Translations under genes and position numbers: made by a program
Source: Tubiluchus corallicola
Lineage: Eukaryota > Animalia > Priapulida
Direction: 5' to 3'
DNA length: 64,000 nt
Assembly (NCBI GenBank): GCA_030141605.1
Contig: JAQGDQ010000029.1
Location: forward strand, 124,001 to 188,000
Shown: positions 47,301 to 64,000 of the stretch, in pieces
Numbering within the stretch: position 1 is the stretch's first letter
How the letters are laid out: each line of letters starts with the position of its first letter
Notes under the pieces: model-generated
The model's database searches: none
Told to the model about the DNA's origin: nothing
What the model saw: the letters and a program-made list of their open reading frames with translations, nothing else

Positions 47301-48460
47301 CAGAAATGGACTCCAGCAATGTGACACTGTGGCAGTTTCTTCTAGAGTTACTACTCAGTGACCAGTATCATGATATCATCGTGTGGACTGACCAAGCTAA
47401 GGGAGAGTTCAAGCTCTGCAACCCCGAAGAGGTGGCTCACCAATGGGGTTTACGGAAAAACAAACAAAACATGAATTATGATAAGCTCAGTCGGGCGCTG
47501 AGGTACTATTACGAGAAAAACATTATTAGAAAGGTTCTCGGACAGAAATTTGTTTATCGTTTTGTCTCTTTTCCTAAGGTAATCAAAACAGAAACCAAGA
47601 TTCCGTTCCACATTAAGATGGAGAGCATTGCAAAGGATGCTAAATGTAGTTCCTCAAATATGTGGCCAATGTTTAATGACAGCACAATGTATGTTGTAAG
47701 ACCAGTGGTACTTTCATCATCACCACCAAAGGAGACACCAGCTGGTAGCTGCTCTAGCAATGTTTCAAAAGATACATCAATAAAATGTGAAAAAAATAAC
47801 GAGCGTCTAAGATATAGGTCTAAAAGTGTGAGTCCAACATTCTGTGTTGAAGCATGCTCAAGCCGAATTAGAGACAGAAGTCCAAAAAGGGTAAGCATTC
47901 CAAGGATCACATATCGCAAGACATCATCGGGATGCAAGACACCAACAAGTCCCACATCTTCTCAGGCTTTCTTTTCTGATGGTAAATCCATAGTGAATAA
48001 AGACTTAGTGCTAAGTTCAGCAGTATGTAACAGTAGCCAGTCCACTTCTGGCCAAGGTGTTACGGCAGCAACTACGACAATGCTTACACTAAATCTCAAT
48101 ACTCCAACCACTCCAACAACAACAGTTTCTCGTCCTCGTCCGGACCCGCTCAATCTTGGACACTTAAGTGTCGTAAACATTGGTCCAGTAACAAGTCCAA
48201 GAACCACAGCTTCTTTTACTATACAGACACCATTGCTCACCATGGCAAGCCCTCTGTTCACTCACAGTCCATTCTCAGCTTTCTGCATTGCTTCACCGAC
48301 ATCCTTTACAGCAAGTCCATTACCACCAGTAGCAAGCTCATCTGCATTTCCTTTCGTAGGACTACAGGTACCTCATTTGCCTCTCACTACATCATACAAT
48401 AACAGTCGTGTGGGTTCTCCTTCGCTGATGGCTTACACAAAAAAAGAAACTCCATCATGA
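44381..48460 (+). CDS. Elk: Elk/TCF-subfamily ETS transcription factor; exons 44381-44396, 44890-44973, 47304-48460
   Basis: ETS domain [10 protein letters not shown]...WT...[51 protein letters not shown] near the N-terminus. D-box-like [12 protein letters not shown] sites and an FxF motif (AFPF). GT-AG exons splice in frame (MTEISD...DSLEMDSSNV). Confidence 0.9.
46586..46786 (+). repeat. AT-rich minisatellite in Elk intron, bounded by 20-bp direct repeats
   Basis: TATAATAATGTTATAATAT-like units between two copies of AATATAATTAATCCAGCAAT. Confidence 0.8.
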
Positions 48461-51400
48461 TGATAAGTTGGTTTATTTTTTCTGTATTTCAGTGCTTCTA
48501 GTCTAGTACGTTTTATTTTCGCCTTTAGAATAAATATCATATCATTTTAGCTATGTGTATCAGAATCTGGACTTTTTGGACCGTAAGACCTGCTTGTAAC
48601 TCACACTAGATCTCTTGGAATATTACACATAGAGATGCGACATGAAATATATTTTATGACATGTGGTCCATTGTTTTCCTTTATAAGTAAACAGACAAAG
48701 CAATTTGTCTCGCACATGTGACGTCACATGCTGCGAGCAAAATATGTCATAGAGATGAATCATACACTTTTTCATTGCCTGTGTTATCATTAATTATGAT
48801 GTGTTATGTTCTGTAGCAATTTTGCTTCCAATTTTCATATTTCTTCTGATCTGATGAAAGGTAATTCTCGCAAGACAGGCATCACTTTTATATTATTGCT
48901 GTAATTAACAGTCAGAAATTGTTATATTTTGAGCAAAAAGTAAACCCCAAACAATAAGGGGACCAGACTGGATAACTTCAAAGACGTCACAGGACCACAA
49001 TCATACATCTATCAAACAAATTTAAACCTTTGTGCGTGTAGATGCTGTGTGACATTTGCCTCAGACATTGTGTTTGTTTAAATCACGTTTGTCGCGTTTG
49101 TCACTTTCTGCAAAGTTTGTATAGACTGCTCATGAAACAATAGAGCCAGGCAAATGAAACTTTGTATCAACTCGTATTGCATTATTTTTCCGACGCAGGG
49201 TTGTTTCCACGCACATTAGTTTTTTTCAATGTACACATTGCAGCCAATGAAGGTACATGACGGACTTTTAACATTAAACTTTTCAACTGACGCTTGATGA
49301 CAATGGATAGCAAATTTAGTATGTTGAGAATATTTTTACTACCGTTTGGTGAAGGCACCTTTGCGGTTCTAAAAATACGCCCTTAAATAGGAACCATGCA
49401 GTTGAAAATATCTGAAATGTATATAACGCACATAATGCGCAGAAAGCTTTATTGACAGTACTTCCTTATAACCAATCTACGAACTCTTCAGTCATTCAAA
49501 CGACAAAAGTACCGGTGTTAGATTTCTGTGATAAAATTAGTACTGTTGGTATGTTTTAGTTGTTGTAGATGCAGAGTGAGGCATTTATAAAGCCATTATC
49601 GATTAACAGGTGCTATTCTGAATATTTCTGTTATTACTAAAGTCAATAATCTTGTTATTAAATCCATTTTTATTTTTTTATAAAAACTGATGTTGTAAAT
49701 AAATGATACACTCTTGTAAGTTCTTGTTGTGCTTTGTAACTCGACTAGTTTGCAGAATTCATGTAACTAGTGTAACTATTTTGAACGCTAGGCTTGATTT
49801 CTGAATAAGATTATGTTCTTTTAATAATTTACCAAAACGAAATTTATTAAAAACTACTTGTTACGAAAGAAGCGTGTTTACAGTAACCATTTTTTGGCTG
49901 GAATATAAAAGCACTCTTTGCCCAGTCGGGTGTTTACTGATAGAAGCCACGCTTTTGTGAATCCGCACAGAAATCCCTCGGTGATTGAAAACATGAAATA
50001 ACGGTAAGAAAGTCTTGTCAAAGCCAGCACGTCTGGCAGAATGTGGATAACTGCTCCTTCCTAACTCACAACGAGCAATTTACTTATTGGATATTACGTA
50101 CAGTTCAGGTAAAACACCACACGACCACCAATAATTTTGATAAGGATGGCATCGTAATGCGACCTGTGAGGAGACCAGAGATTAATTTCTGTGAATTTGT
50201 TTTGTTCATATGTATGTAAGGCCATTTTAATTCTCAATAAAAGGACGATTACGAAAAGATAGCTTATTGAAAAAATCATGTTTTGTTCTGAATGAATATG
50301 GATTAGCAAAACCATGAAGAATGTTACCCTTTAATTATAAAACTCACATTGCACATTTACACATTTGTAGCAGAGTGTTTAGACAAAATCTACATTCATT
50401 CGTACTCATCTGATAATAATGAGCAAAAAGTACCCATATCCACATCAAATAGACGAAGCAACCAGAGCCTGTATTGTGCCATCTGATAACGTATGTGGTT
50501 TCAAGAGTCTAGTATTGTACTTCTTTCCGAAATATAAACTTACACGAGTGATATTGATGCTGAATTGCCCAGGTCTTACTAAAATTATTCCAAGCTAGAG
50601 TTGATCACCCTCAAACCAAAGCCCTCATCGTGTTTTGCTAGTTAAAATAATCTCCTATATAACATTAATTACGCCTACTGCATACTAAAGAAATCTATTT
50701 CTTTATATTTTGTAATAAGTTTATATCTTATAGCTCTATCATAATTATTTTACATAACGTGTACATAAATTAAGAGAAAACTTTCAGAAAAGAATATTAA
50801 ATGGGAACGATAGCAAAATGTACAAAATGCTCTGATGACCAAAAAATGAACACCGACAAAACCACCTGAAACGGTGAAAACATTCGTTATCTATCGGGAA
50901 ATTTTCCAGCATCCCGGGTATGTCAATCTGCTAATGCCTGAGGGCTGTAAATGGACAGGGGTACAATTCATAACGATTTCTCAGTGGGAACGCTGTCATT
51001 GCCTATTTTTTCAAGAACTTTATTTTTTTATTTCCGAGCAATAAGAATAGTGAAAAGAATGTTAAAAACACATTAAAAAGAAGTATAATCAAAATGCTGA
51101 AAAGCATGTTTGTCTATTTATCATTGCCATAGTATAACAGTAGCAGGGCTAACTGACACCCTAACTGTTATAATGTAGGGCAGGATATCTTTGTGATTTG
51201 AATAAGTGTGGCCTCTTCTAATCACAGACATAAACAGCAGGAATACAAAATTAGTAGTGAATTTAGTAATATTTTGTTTACTTTTATCAGTGTGATGGAC
51301 TAAAATTTAATGGTTAATGATGTGGAGTAGTGATTAAATCAGAGAAATGCGCCCAACTCACGGTGCTGCCATCTGGCAACGAAAATAATACGAGATTCAC

Positions 51401-51875
51401 TTGCCACTGCCTTTACAAAACTGATGTATACACCAGTATAAATGTTGCTGGTGCAACACAAACAATTAGGCGGATAGTTTTTGTCTACGTATATGAATAT
51501 GTACACGTATATAACACAATACACAATCAGGTACTACCATAGAGTTCGAAGAACGTAAGCGCTCAAGTACTATAGACAGCGAGTCCACCCAAGTGGGAAT
51601 TTACCGTGGAATTTTTTTGCCCAAGGCTAATAACAAACGACGTCATTTTAGCTATTGATCCTGTTCTGCTTTCAGGTGGACAATACTCAAAGAGCAGCTG
51701 CAGTGCGCAGTTCGCGCTCGAGCGGGCGTGTTCTACGAATTCTTGCGCACAAATAATAATACTAGCTAGTCACACTAAATAAATTTCTGTTAGTACATGG
51801 CAGAGTTCACGACTAGTACTTTTCCGTAGAATTTTTTACCCTACATGCTGTATTTCTTATTATAAAACACACGAA

Positions 51876-54800
51876 ATGAATGTAGTACCGCAGTCGATTA
51901 CAAGAATTGCAAATGGCTTGATAAAGGTAATTTTTATACTACAATTATTCATAAACAGTTACAGTGCTGAGAAGAAAACTATTGCAGACTATGAAATAGA
52001 CAGAGATAATATGAAAAATGGATTCACCTCAATTTTGAATGAATTTGTGGATAACTATTTGGGTGTTGGAACCATGCAAACGCACTACAATTCCTTGCTG
52101 TTTGAGGAAACTCAGCTAGACGGAGCAACAATAATAAAAGAATTATCAGCTGCACTGAAGACAAAGTTGACTGAACGTTTCCAAGCAGTGCGTAATCTAA
52201 CTGCTGCAACAAAAGAAACCTTCTTGCAGAGAAATACCTATAACCCGAAAGAGTGTTGCAAAGTGAGGGATACTTCTTTTGAACATGACGAAAGATTCAA
52301 CCGGAAAGTAGATCCCCGAAACTTTTGTGATGTGCTATCACCTGAGACGGATAAGTACAACTACCAGAAAATGACAAACAGGGTTCTTGAACAAATGAAA
52401 CATAACTTTGGTGTTTGGCCAACTCTGAAGTGGCAGTATTTCGGTAGTGAAGATGGAGCATTAAGCTTGTTTCCTAGCTATCATTGGGAAATTTGTGATG
52501 GCTATGACCCCAGGTACAGACCCTGGTATGTAGCAGCAGCAACACCAAAGCCAAAGGATGTGGTAATCATTATCGACACATCTGGCTCAATGAGACAAAA
52601 ACATGGATCAAGAACACTTATGGAAATTGCAATCGAAGCAGGCTTAACTGTAGTTGGTACACTAAATCCTTTAGATCGTGTAGGAGTAATTGCATTCTCT
52701 GATAATGCTAGAGTGCCACAAGGAAGCTTTGAAACTGGTAATTGCTATACTGAAATTCTTGCCAATGCAACACCTCAAAACACAAACTACCTCCAATCGT
52801 TCATAAAAACGTTGCAACCTGGTGGATCAACTTATTACTCCAAAGCATTAAGAGAAGCTTTTCGGTTGTTAAGCAATTCTAAAAGAATACGTTCTATTAC
52901 TCAGGAAAGTGTCATCTTGTTTTTAACAGATGGAATTCCGACAGATACCGAAGTAACCATAAAACGAACTATACAGGAGCAATGGGACAAAGCAGAAGTA
53001 AAATTCAGAGTGCTGACATTTGGACTAGGCCACAATGTAGTATCTCAAGGTGGTGACATACTCCGCTCAATGGCAGCAACAACAGGGGGCCATTTCACGC
53101 CAGTGGAAGACCCTGGTAAGTTACGCAAGGCTATGGGATCTTATTACAACTTGTTTGCAGTTCTGTCAGAAAATAGTGCTCCTGTTGTATCAGTGCCATA
53201 CTTTGACCACTTTGGACTAGGACTAATAACAACAGTAGCAATGCCAGTTGTAGTCTCTGGCACACTAATGGGTGTAGTGGGTATTGATGTTACAATGGCT
53301 GATTTGTTAGCTGATGTTACTTACTTTCGTGACAGTTCAAATTCCTATGCATTTGTCATGGACAGCAGAGGACGTGCCGTTATGCATCCATTACTGCCAA
53401 GGCCATCTGATGTAGCTGAAGACCCAATATTTGTGGATATGAGACTCTTAGAAAGGGAAGATGAGTTTTTATCTGTATATAATAGTATGCTTACTGGCGG
53501 TTCAGGCTCTAAGAGTATGCATTCGGACAGAATAGTTTCCAGAGGAAATTCAGCTACTGATGGGGTAGCAATAAAGTCTGTTAATACCGTTTACCACTGG
53601 ATGCCAGTTGGAATTGGAGGATTTAGCATTGGAGTTGCCATAGCCAATAATGACAAAAAAGTATATTTACGTGATCAACGACCCAGTGCAAGTGCTTTTA
53701 AGTATCATCGGATAGACTTGGATGCTTCAGCTGGAGAAGGTAAATGCAGATCTCATGACCGCATAATATTAGAAAATGAGTCTGTTGTAAAATTAGCACC
53801 TGTGGCATTTGAAGATCCTTATAGATACATTAATAGAGAAGAGACTGAACCAATAATCAAGGACTACACAAATTATATGACCGATGCGAGTGGACTGTAC
53901 CATAATCCTGGTTTTGTGCAGGGTGTTCGAAGTGATATTGCTTCAACCTACAAAGCAGAAGAAATTTGGAAAAATGTGCCATCAAATTTGAGTGTCACTG
54001 TCATATGGCGGTACATCGGAACCCAAAAAGGTGTGCGGCGCATCTTTCCAGGAGTCACTAGCCACAAGCTTTATAGTAACCTAGAAAGACCATGGTATCT
54101 CCGAGCTCTTGCAAATAAAGGAATGATAACTTTCTCTACACCTTATGAAGATGCTTCAGGTGCAGGCTACGTGATAACCATCAGTCATACCATAGAAGAG
54201 GAAAAAAGTGGAGACATTATTGCAGTTATGGGTATGGATTTTACAATGTCTTACATCAACTATTTGATGAATGCAGGAGAATTTTGCAAAGACATGTATG
54301 ACAATCTTCAAATTGATTGCTTTTTGATGGACACAAGTGGTTACTTGGTTATGCACCACGACTTTATACAAACGGACTGCAATGAAATTCAGGGAACTCC
54401 TGTTTCTAATGTCCACATAACAGAAAAGCGCAACCTGGGTGCATTTGCAGCACATCTCATTGATAAAAGAATCATGACAAGGAGAGCATGCATAAACTTC
54501 AAATCAGTTCACTACCAGCACTTCTGGGAAATTCACACGAAAGCAAGTAGTTTAAATCTGAAATTATCTCCATGCTTAAAATACGAGCTTCATTACATCC
54601 CCAATACTAATGTGTTTTTAGTTATCAGTAAACAAATCAATGATTGCTCTGTAGCAAATTTACCCAAATGCAAAGAGTGCCAGTCAGATAGGAGATGTTC
54701 AACACCACTTGACCTAGATAGCTGTGAATGTCCTTGTACACTGCCTGCAGATTACGGTTATTGTCAAGATGAATTCCACCTGCTTCTGGATGACTGGCCA

Positions 54801-55364
54801 ACGTGCACACCTCCTCAAAAGTCCTATCGAGTAGTTCTTTCTGAGCAGGAGCATCAGCTTCAGCAGTTACCACAGTGTGACAGCACAGTACCGTGTGACC
54901 TTCAAACAGCAGAGTCCAATTGTTACAAATACGGTTGTGTTTGGCTTGACCAGTGTTCAAAATGCATCAGTCCAAAAGAATGCAGTACTGGCAGTGAAAA
55001 TTGTGACAGTGGATTATCTACTGGAGCAATTGCAGGCATCGTCATTGCAATTATAATGACGATTATCGTTATTTTGCTTATATTACACTGCAGGAAGCAT
55101 AAAAGCGGACTCACGTCTACTTCTCCAATCAGTAGACCACAAAATACTTCATACGATAATGCAACTTTTGTGAGTGAGATATCCAGACCATCTTATGCAC
55201 CTTCAACACAAGCTTCAACACAACACAGCAGTGCTTTTGGAGGCAGTGAAAGTAGAACACCATCTGCTCCTCCAGCTTTTGCTCGATGTAGACCGGGTTA
55301 TCATGGGGCTGAGCCAGATGAACTACCACCACCGTATTCGGAAACTGATGCTGGTTACTTCTGA
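51876..55364 (+). CDS. VWFA and Cache domain-containing protein (CACHD1/alpha2delta-like), single coding exon, 1162 aa
   Basis: Signal peptide; WQYFGSEDG..YDPRYRPWY; VWA with MIDAS DTSGS and FLTDG; two dCache modules; Cys-rich stalk; TM GAIAGIVIAIIMTIIVILLIL; cytoplasmic tail with PSAP and PPPY. Possible 5'UTR acceptor ctttcag ending at 51675. Confidence 0.92.
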   Translation: MNVVPQSITRIANGLIKVIFILQLFINSYSAEKKTIADYEIDRDNMKNGFTSILNEFVDNYLGVGTMQTHYNSLLFEETQLDGATIIKELSAALKTKLTERFQAVRNLTAATKETFLQRNTYNPKECCKVRDTSFEHDERFNRKVDPRNFCDVLSPETDKYNYQKMTNRVLEQMKHNFGVWPTLKWQYFGSEDGALSLFPSYHWEICDGYDPRYRPWYVAAATPKPKDVVIIIDTSGSMRQKHGSRTLMEIAIEAGLTVVGTLNPLDRVGVIAFSDNARVPQGSFETGNCYTEILANATPQNTNYLQSFIKTLQPGGSTYYSKALREAFRLLSNSKRIRSITQESVILFLTDGIPTDTEVTIKRTIQEQWDKAEVKFRVLTFGLGHNVVSQGGDILRSMAATTGGHFTPVEDPGKLRKAMGSYYNLFAVLSENSAPVVSVPYFDHFGLGLITTVAMPVVVSGTLMGVVGIDVTMADLLADVTYFRDSSNSYAFVMDSRGRAVMHPLLPRPSDVAEDPIFVDMRLLEREDEFLSVYNSMLTGGSGSKSMHSDRIVSRGNSATDGVAIKSVNTVYHWMPVGIGGFSIGVAIANNDKKVYLRDQRPSASAFKYHRIDLDASAGEGKCRSHDRIILENESVVKLAPVAFEDPYRYINREETEPIIKDYTNYMTDASGLYHNPGFVQGVRSDIASTYKAEEIWKNVPSNLSVTVIWRYIGTQKGVRRIFPGVTSHKLYSNLERPWYLRALANKGMITFSTPYEDASGAGYVITISHTIEEEKSGDIIAVMGMDFTMSYINYLMNAGEFCKDMYDNLQIDCFLMDTSGYLVMHHDFIQTDCNEIQGTPVSNVHITEKRNLGAFAAHLIDKRIMTRRACINFKSVHYQHFWEIHTKASSLNLKLSPCLKYELHYIPNTNVFLVISKQINDCSVANLPKCKECQSDRRCSTPLDLDSCECPCTLPADYGYCQDEFHLLLDDWPTCTPPQKSYRVVLSEQEHQLQQLPQCDSTVPCDLQTAESNCYKYGCVWLDQCSKCISPKECSTGSENCDSGLSTGAIAGIVIAIIMTIIVILLILHCRKHKSGLTSTSPISRPQNTSYDNATFVSEISRPSYAPSTQASTQHSSAFGGSESRTPSAPPAFARCRPGYHGAEPDELPPPYSETDAGYF

Positions 55365-58300
55365 AACATTTTGTAGTTAAAAATGTGCAATTCCCAGTTG
55401 ATAAAAAAGTTCTAAAACATAACACACCAGTGCCACTGACCACCTTTTTATACATATATATATATATATATATCAAGATGCCAACATTTTAAAATGGGAT
55501 TATGAAGTTTCATTATGGTGAATTCAGAAACAAACCCTATCAGTCAATATTTTGCCACATACGCTTTACTACACATTGCATTATTTCCCCAATTTCTGGT
55601 TTACAAAAAATACTAACGTATGATGATAAAAGTTACAAGATTAATTGATGTGGCTAGAAATATAAACCAAGCATAAGTTAAATTTTTCCTAACAAAAATT
55701 AGTAATGGGTTAAGTCTGCAACTCGCAAGCAGAGTTTTGATCAGTATTTAACCACCTGCGCATTTACAATTTGCTAACAAATAACAAAAATTGACCTTAC
55801 CCATTTACTATTACGTAACACACAACCCAACCCACTTTGTGCATGTTGTTTTAATACCATGACTGTACAAGTCAATAAAACGTCTTTTGGAACTATTCTA
55901 AAAACATTTAAGTGACAGGAACCATTGTAGGGTATACTGGTGCATGGTGCCTTGGAACAACTCAACTGAAATGCAAGTCTGTGAAAATGAAAGATTGCCT
56001 ATTTTTGTTACTTTTCTTTGTGGTGCATCTGCTCCTTATTAAGCCACACGTATTTGCATAACAGTATGCATAAACAAGAATTGTTGTTATATACTTCCTG
56101 TTGGCAATGCATCAATAAAAATTTAATAAAATATGAAAAATCACAGTAACCAGAATAATTTACAAAACACAGTAAACACCATCATAGTTTAAATACGTGT
56201 AATATACAAGATATGTACTCAAAACAGCTATGAACAGAAAGTAGCAAACCAAAACAGTGTTACTTCTACTATGCAAAAAAAGTGCTGAGGTATGTAATTG
56301 AACCAGGGTTTACATACTGGTTAAAATTTCAAGACGTTTTTGGGCACTATATTTTTTCATTAATTTATGACTGTAGAAAAGTTAAATATTTGCATGAATA
56401 ATAGGGATTAGAAAATCTGAAGTATGGTTTAATTAATTTCCTATGCAGTAGCCTGAACTCAGTGCTATTCCAAATTTTAATGAGAGGACTAATATACCAA
56501 TTTTTTTGTAGTAATATATAGCAGAAACGTACTAAAGAAAAATAATAACTTATGCTGTTTTAAAACGTTTGTGATTTTAGTAAAGTTTAATGCTGAACAA
56601 AACAATAATTGCATGTTGTAATCACCAATGTTACTTTAAATGCAAGTAACTAAACTTATTTTTGTAGAATTGACATCTTTTATATTTATATGGATATAGA
56701 ATCTAGCAGAGGGCACTTTTCTAGTCTCTAGATTATACAACTTAGCCTACACATTTTTAATTATGTTAAAAATGAGTTTTTATGAAACTTTTTTCACTGT
56801 ATATACGAATACTTACTAACATAGATATAAACTTAAGTGATGTTGGTTGTTAAATTGTAAATAAAAATTTATAATATAAACTTTTTTATGTAATATTGAA
56901 TTATTAGCTTTTTCCTTTTGGTACATGAGTTTTGTATGAAAAGAAAATGAAATCCCTCACTGCTTACATCAGTACATGAATGAAAAACCTGTTATCACTG
57001 ACACATAACAACATTATACTGTATTTATTCCAAGATTTCTACTTGCTAGGATCCTGGAGAAGCCAGTTTGGCATTTTTACATACTTTATTAAAATATATA
57101 TGAAATTTGGCTAATATACATTATAAAGTCTTTTAAAATTATAATATAACTATTATACTGTTTTCGTTTAAACATTTGCACATTGGTTGCCGACAGTCAC
57201 TTCTGCCAACCACCAGGGCTATGCTTCGCTGATACGCTATCAAAAGCCGTAAGCACCTCAATTCTTGAAATCTTGATCTATGCCTCAATAAAAAGATTAT
57301 AATGTAATTGCAGCTCAGGTGGAAATTTACAAACAAACTTTGTGACCGAGGCTAATCTTGCATTGCATTGTTAGCTACCAAGACAATCCATTATTTAGGA
57401 TGAACTTTTGACAAATCTACATATTGACAATGTGACACTAGAATTTTCATATAAAATTTTTATGAATGCCGTCTAGCCCTACAAAACAGGTGAGCTGAAA
57501 AAAAATTAACCAGCAAGCGAAAAATCAAACGAAAATCCCAAAACGAATCTGTGCTTCAAAACTATGGGGCAGCAATAAAAAAATCATGACATACAAACTA
57601 CATAATATTTCTTTAATTGCCTATTCAGTAAGGGACTTTTTTATGCAACACCATTTTAATTTCATTAGCCAAGCAGCAGAGAACTCAAGCACGCTGATCA
57701 AATAAACTATCCTATTAGTTCATCCTTCATTACTTTTAAAAATTTATCAAAATAGTGGTCACAAGAGGAACCAAAACGACAACCTCGTTGGGAAGTCTAT
57801 GATACAGAATAATTTTGATCACATTATACTGTCAACAAGACTACCCAGAATTATTACTGCACATTGTTACAGACTGAAAAACTAGCACAGAAATTTTACA
57901 CCACTGTACAGTCAGCATGGCAGCAGAAGAAAATGGTGTAAATCTTCAATGGTGCATGTAGTGCACAATCAAAGATGAGGCGTGTCTGTCTGCATAATGA
58001 TATAAGTATGATGTGTAATATATTAGTTTTTGATAATGATTTGAAAAGCAGTGGTACAGCCTGCATTATACAATGTGTGGTAATTTTGCGAGTTATTCAC
58101 CAAAATGATGCTAAAGCAGTGTTACAGCACATAGTATGGGATACAAAGACTTTGATGAATTATTTTATTACAAGAAAATCCTGTAACAAAATCAAATACT
58201 AAAATATCATTTATTTATTACAAAAAAAATTAAACAATATTTCGTATTTGTTATCAGAAAATTTTCGATGAGAAACTGAACAATAAACTTCATTAAGATA

Positions 58301-59093
58301 AATATTATATTGTAACTGCTTGTTGTTTTGGCTTTCACTACGTGAGTTTTTCAGATTACAGCTCTTAGTAAATTCACCAACATCAATGTCATGGCCATCA
58401 ACATCATTATCATATTCTTTTTCATTGTCATCATCATTAGCATGAACATCAATATAATAATTATTCTAATATTCCTAACAATGAATCTATGAAAAGTATT
58501 TTATCAGAGTTAAAAATTATTTGAAGATGAGTAAAAAATGGCATTTTTTCAATACTGTTTTCAAGTGTATAACTTTAGCCATTTACTCCTTAACCTTTAG
58601 TAATGATATTTTCAACTTCACGATTAATCCACCAACAGCTGTGTTATCAATTTGCACATGATTGAAAACAGCGGATAATATTTTTTACTACTAATTTTTG
58701 TACTAACAGCAATTTCAGTGTTATCATTATTAAACAACATACGTAATAAGTATCTGTTAAACCAGATATATACTAAGACTAGAAACACAACAACAGCAAC
58801 TATGCCAAACATAAAGTCAGGTAAGCAAAAGTACATCATTCCAGATTCTCAATTTAATTTAAATTTAGTGAAGCATGTTGGCATGATGAGTGTCATGAAT
58901 AATCATCAACTAACAATAACAAAGTCATACGTAAATAGAACATCTGAATCTATTCTGGTGTTTAAGTCTATCTTCTCTCATGTCTGACCTGACTTTATGC
59001 CCAGTAATACTAATGACCCCAAAGTTAAGTCTTATGTACAGCAAATTGGTAGGAGAACCTGAGTTTTTCTTTCCATGTTCTTGCAGCACATGA

Positions 59094-63585
<4,492 letters not shown>

Positions 63586-64000
63586 TTATAACCCAGTATA
63601 CTACACGGCCATACAAGTAGCACAAAAAAATGTACAATTCGTACAAGCCTCATATAAACTATGAGCCACAGAATTGATTTAAAAAGAAAAAACACATTAA
63701 AAAATTATCTATAAATTTACTTCATAAATTAAAAATCCCAAAAGTTTCATTACAACCGTATATAAAAATATGAATGTACATCACTGCTCTAAGCTTAAAC
63801 AACAACGTAAAAGCTGAAGCAGTGCCTTAAAAAGCCTAGATGAAACAGGTGCCAGTATTCTGCCTTCTCTTTCTATAAATCTATCACCACTCTGCAATGC
63901 GCACAACTTCTTACCACTACTGTACTCAGATATTCCCATCAGTACAGTTTCTCTTTCCTTCTAACAAAAAAATGTTGCTAATTAAAAACATCTACAAACT

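Noticed and set aside
47261-47303. ORF-track start of Elk ([14 protein letters not shown])
   Set aside because: It begins at a TTG and covers the polypyrimidine tract and acceptor, so it is intronic.

Overview
AT-rich, intron-containing animal (invertebrate-type) genomic DNA in three parts. (1) ~1-18.4 kb is a nested mobile-element cluster. Its core is a GC-richer, decayed Polinton/Maverick (adintovirus-like) endogenous virus. A protein-primed PolB on + converges on a minus-strand module: ATPase, small QKGG core protein, conserved hypothetical, integrase N-terminus, penton, basic QxGxG core protein, major-capsid N-terminus and adenain protease. The element carries two internal clusters of telomere-type (CCCTAA) repeats. 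A BEL/Pao LTR retrotransposon (11054-17063, TSD ATACC) has inserted into it, and that element itself holds a solo LTR (11891-13065, TSD TGCAC). Two further BEL/Pao pieces flank the virus, one with a SAP-domain Gag. (2) ~18.7-43 kb is mostly TE debris (MITEs, LINEs, a Gypsy fragment, a solo LTR, microsatellites) surrounding a spliced signal-peptide + WSC-domain gene on the minus strand. (3) ~44-64 kb holds three host genes: a 3-exon Elk/TCF-type ETS factor with a CRE-ETS-AP1 promoter cluster, an intronless 1162-aa CACHD1/alpha2delta-like VWA-dCache membrane protein, and the last seven exons of ALDH1L on the minus strand. All calls come from reading and translating the sequence by eye; no database searches were run.
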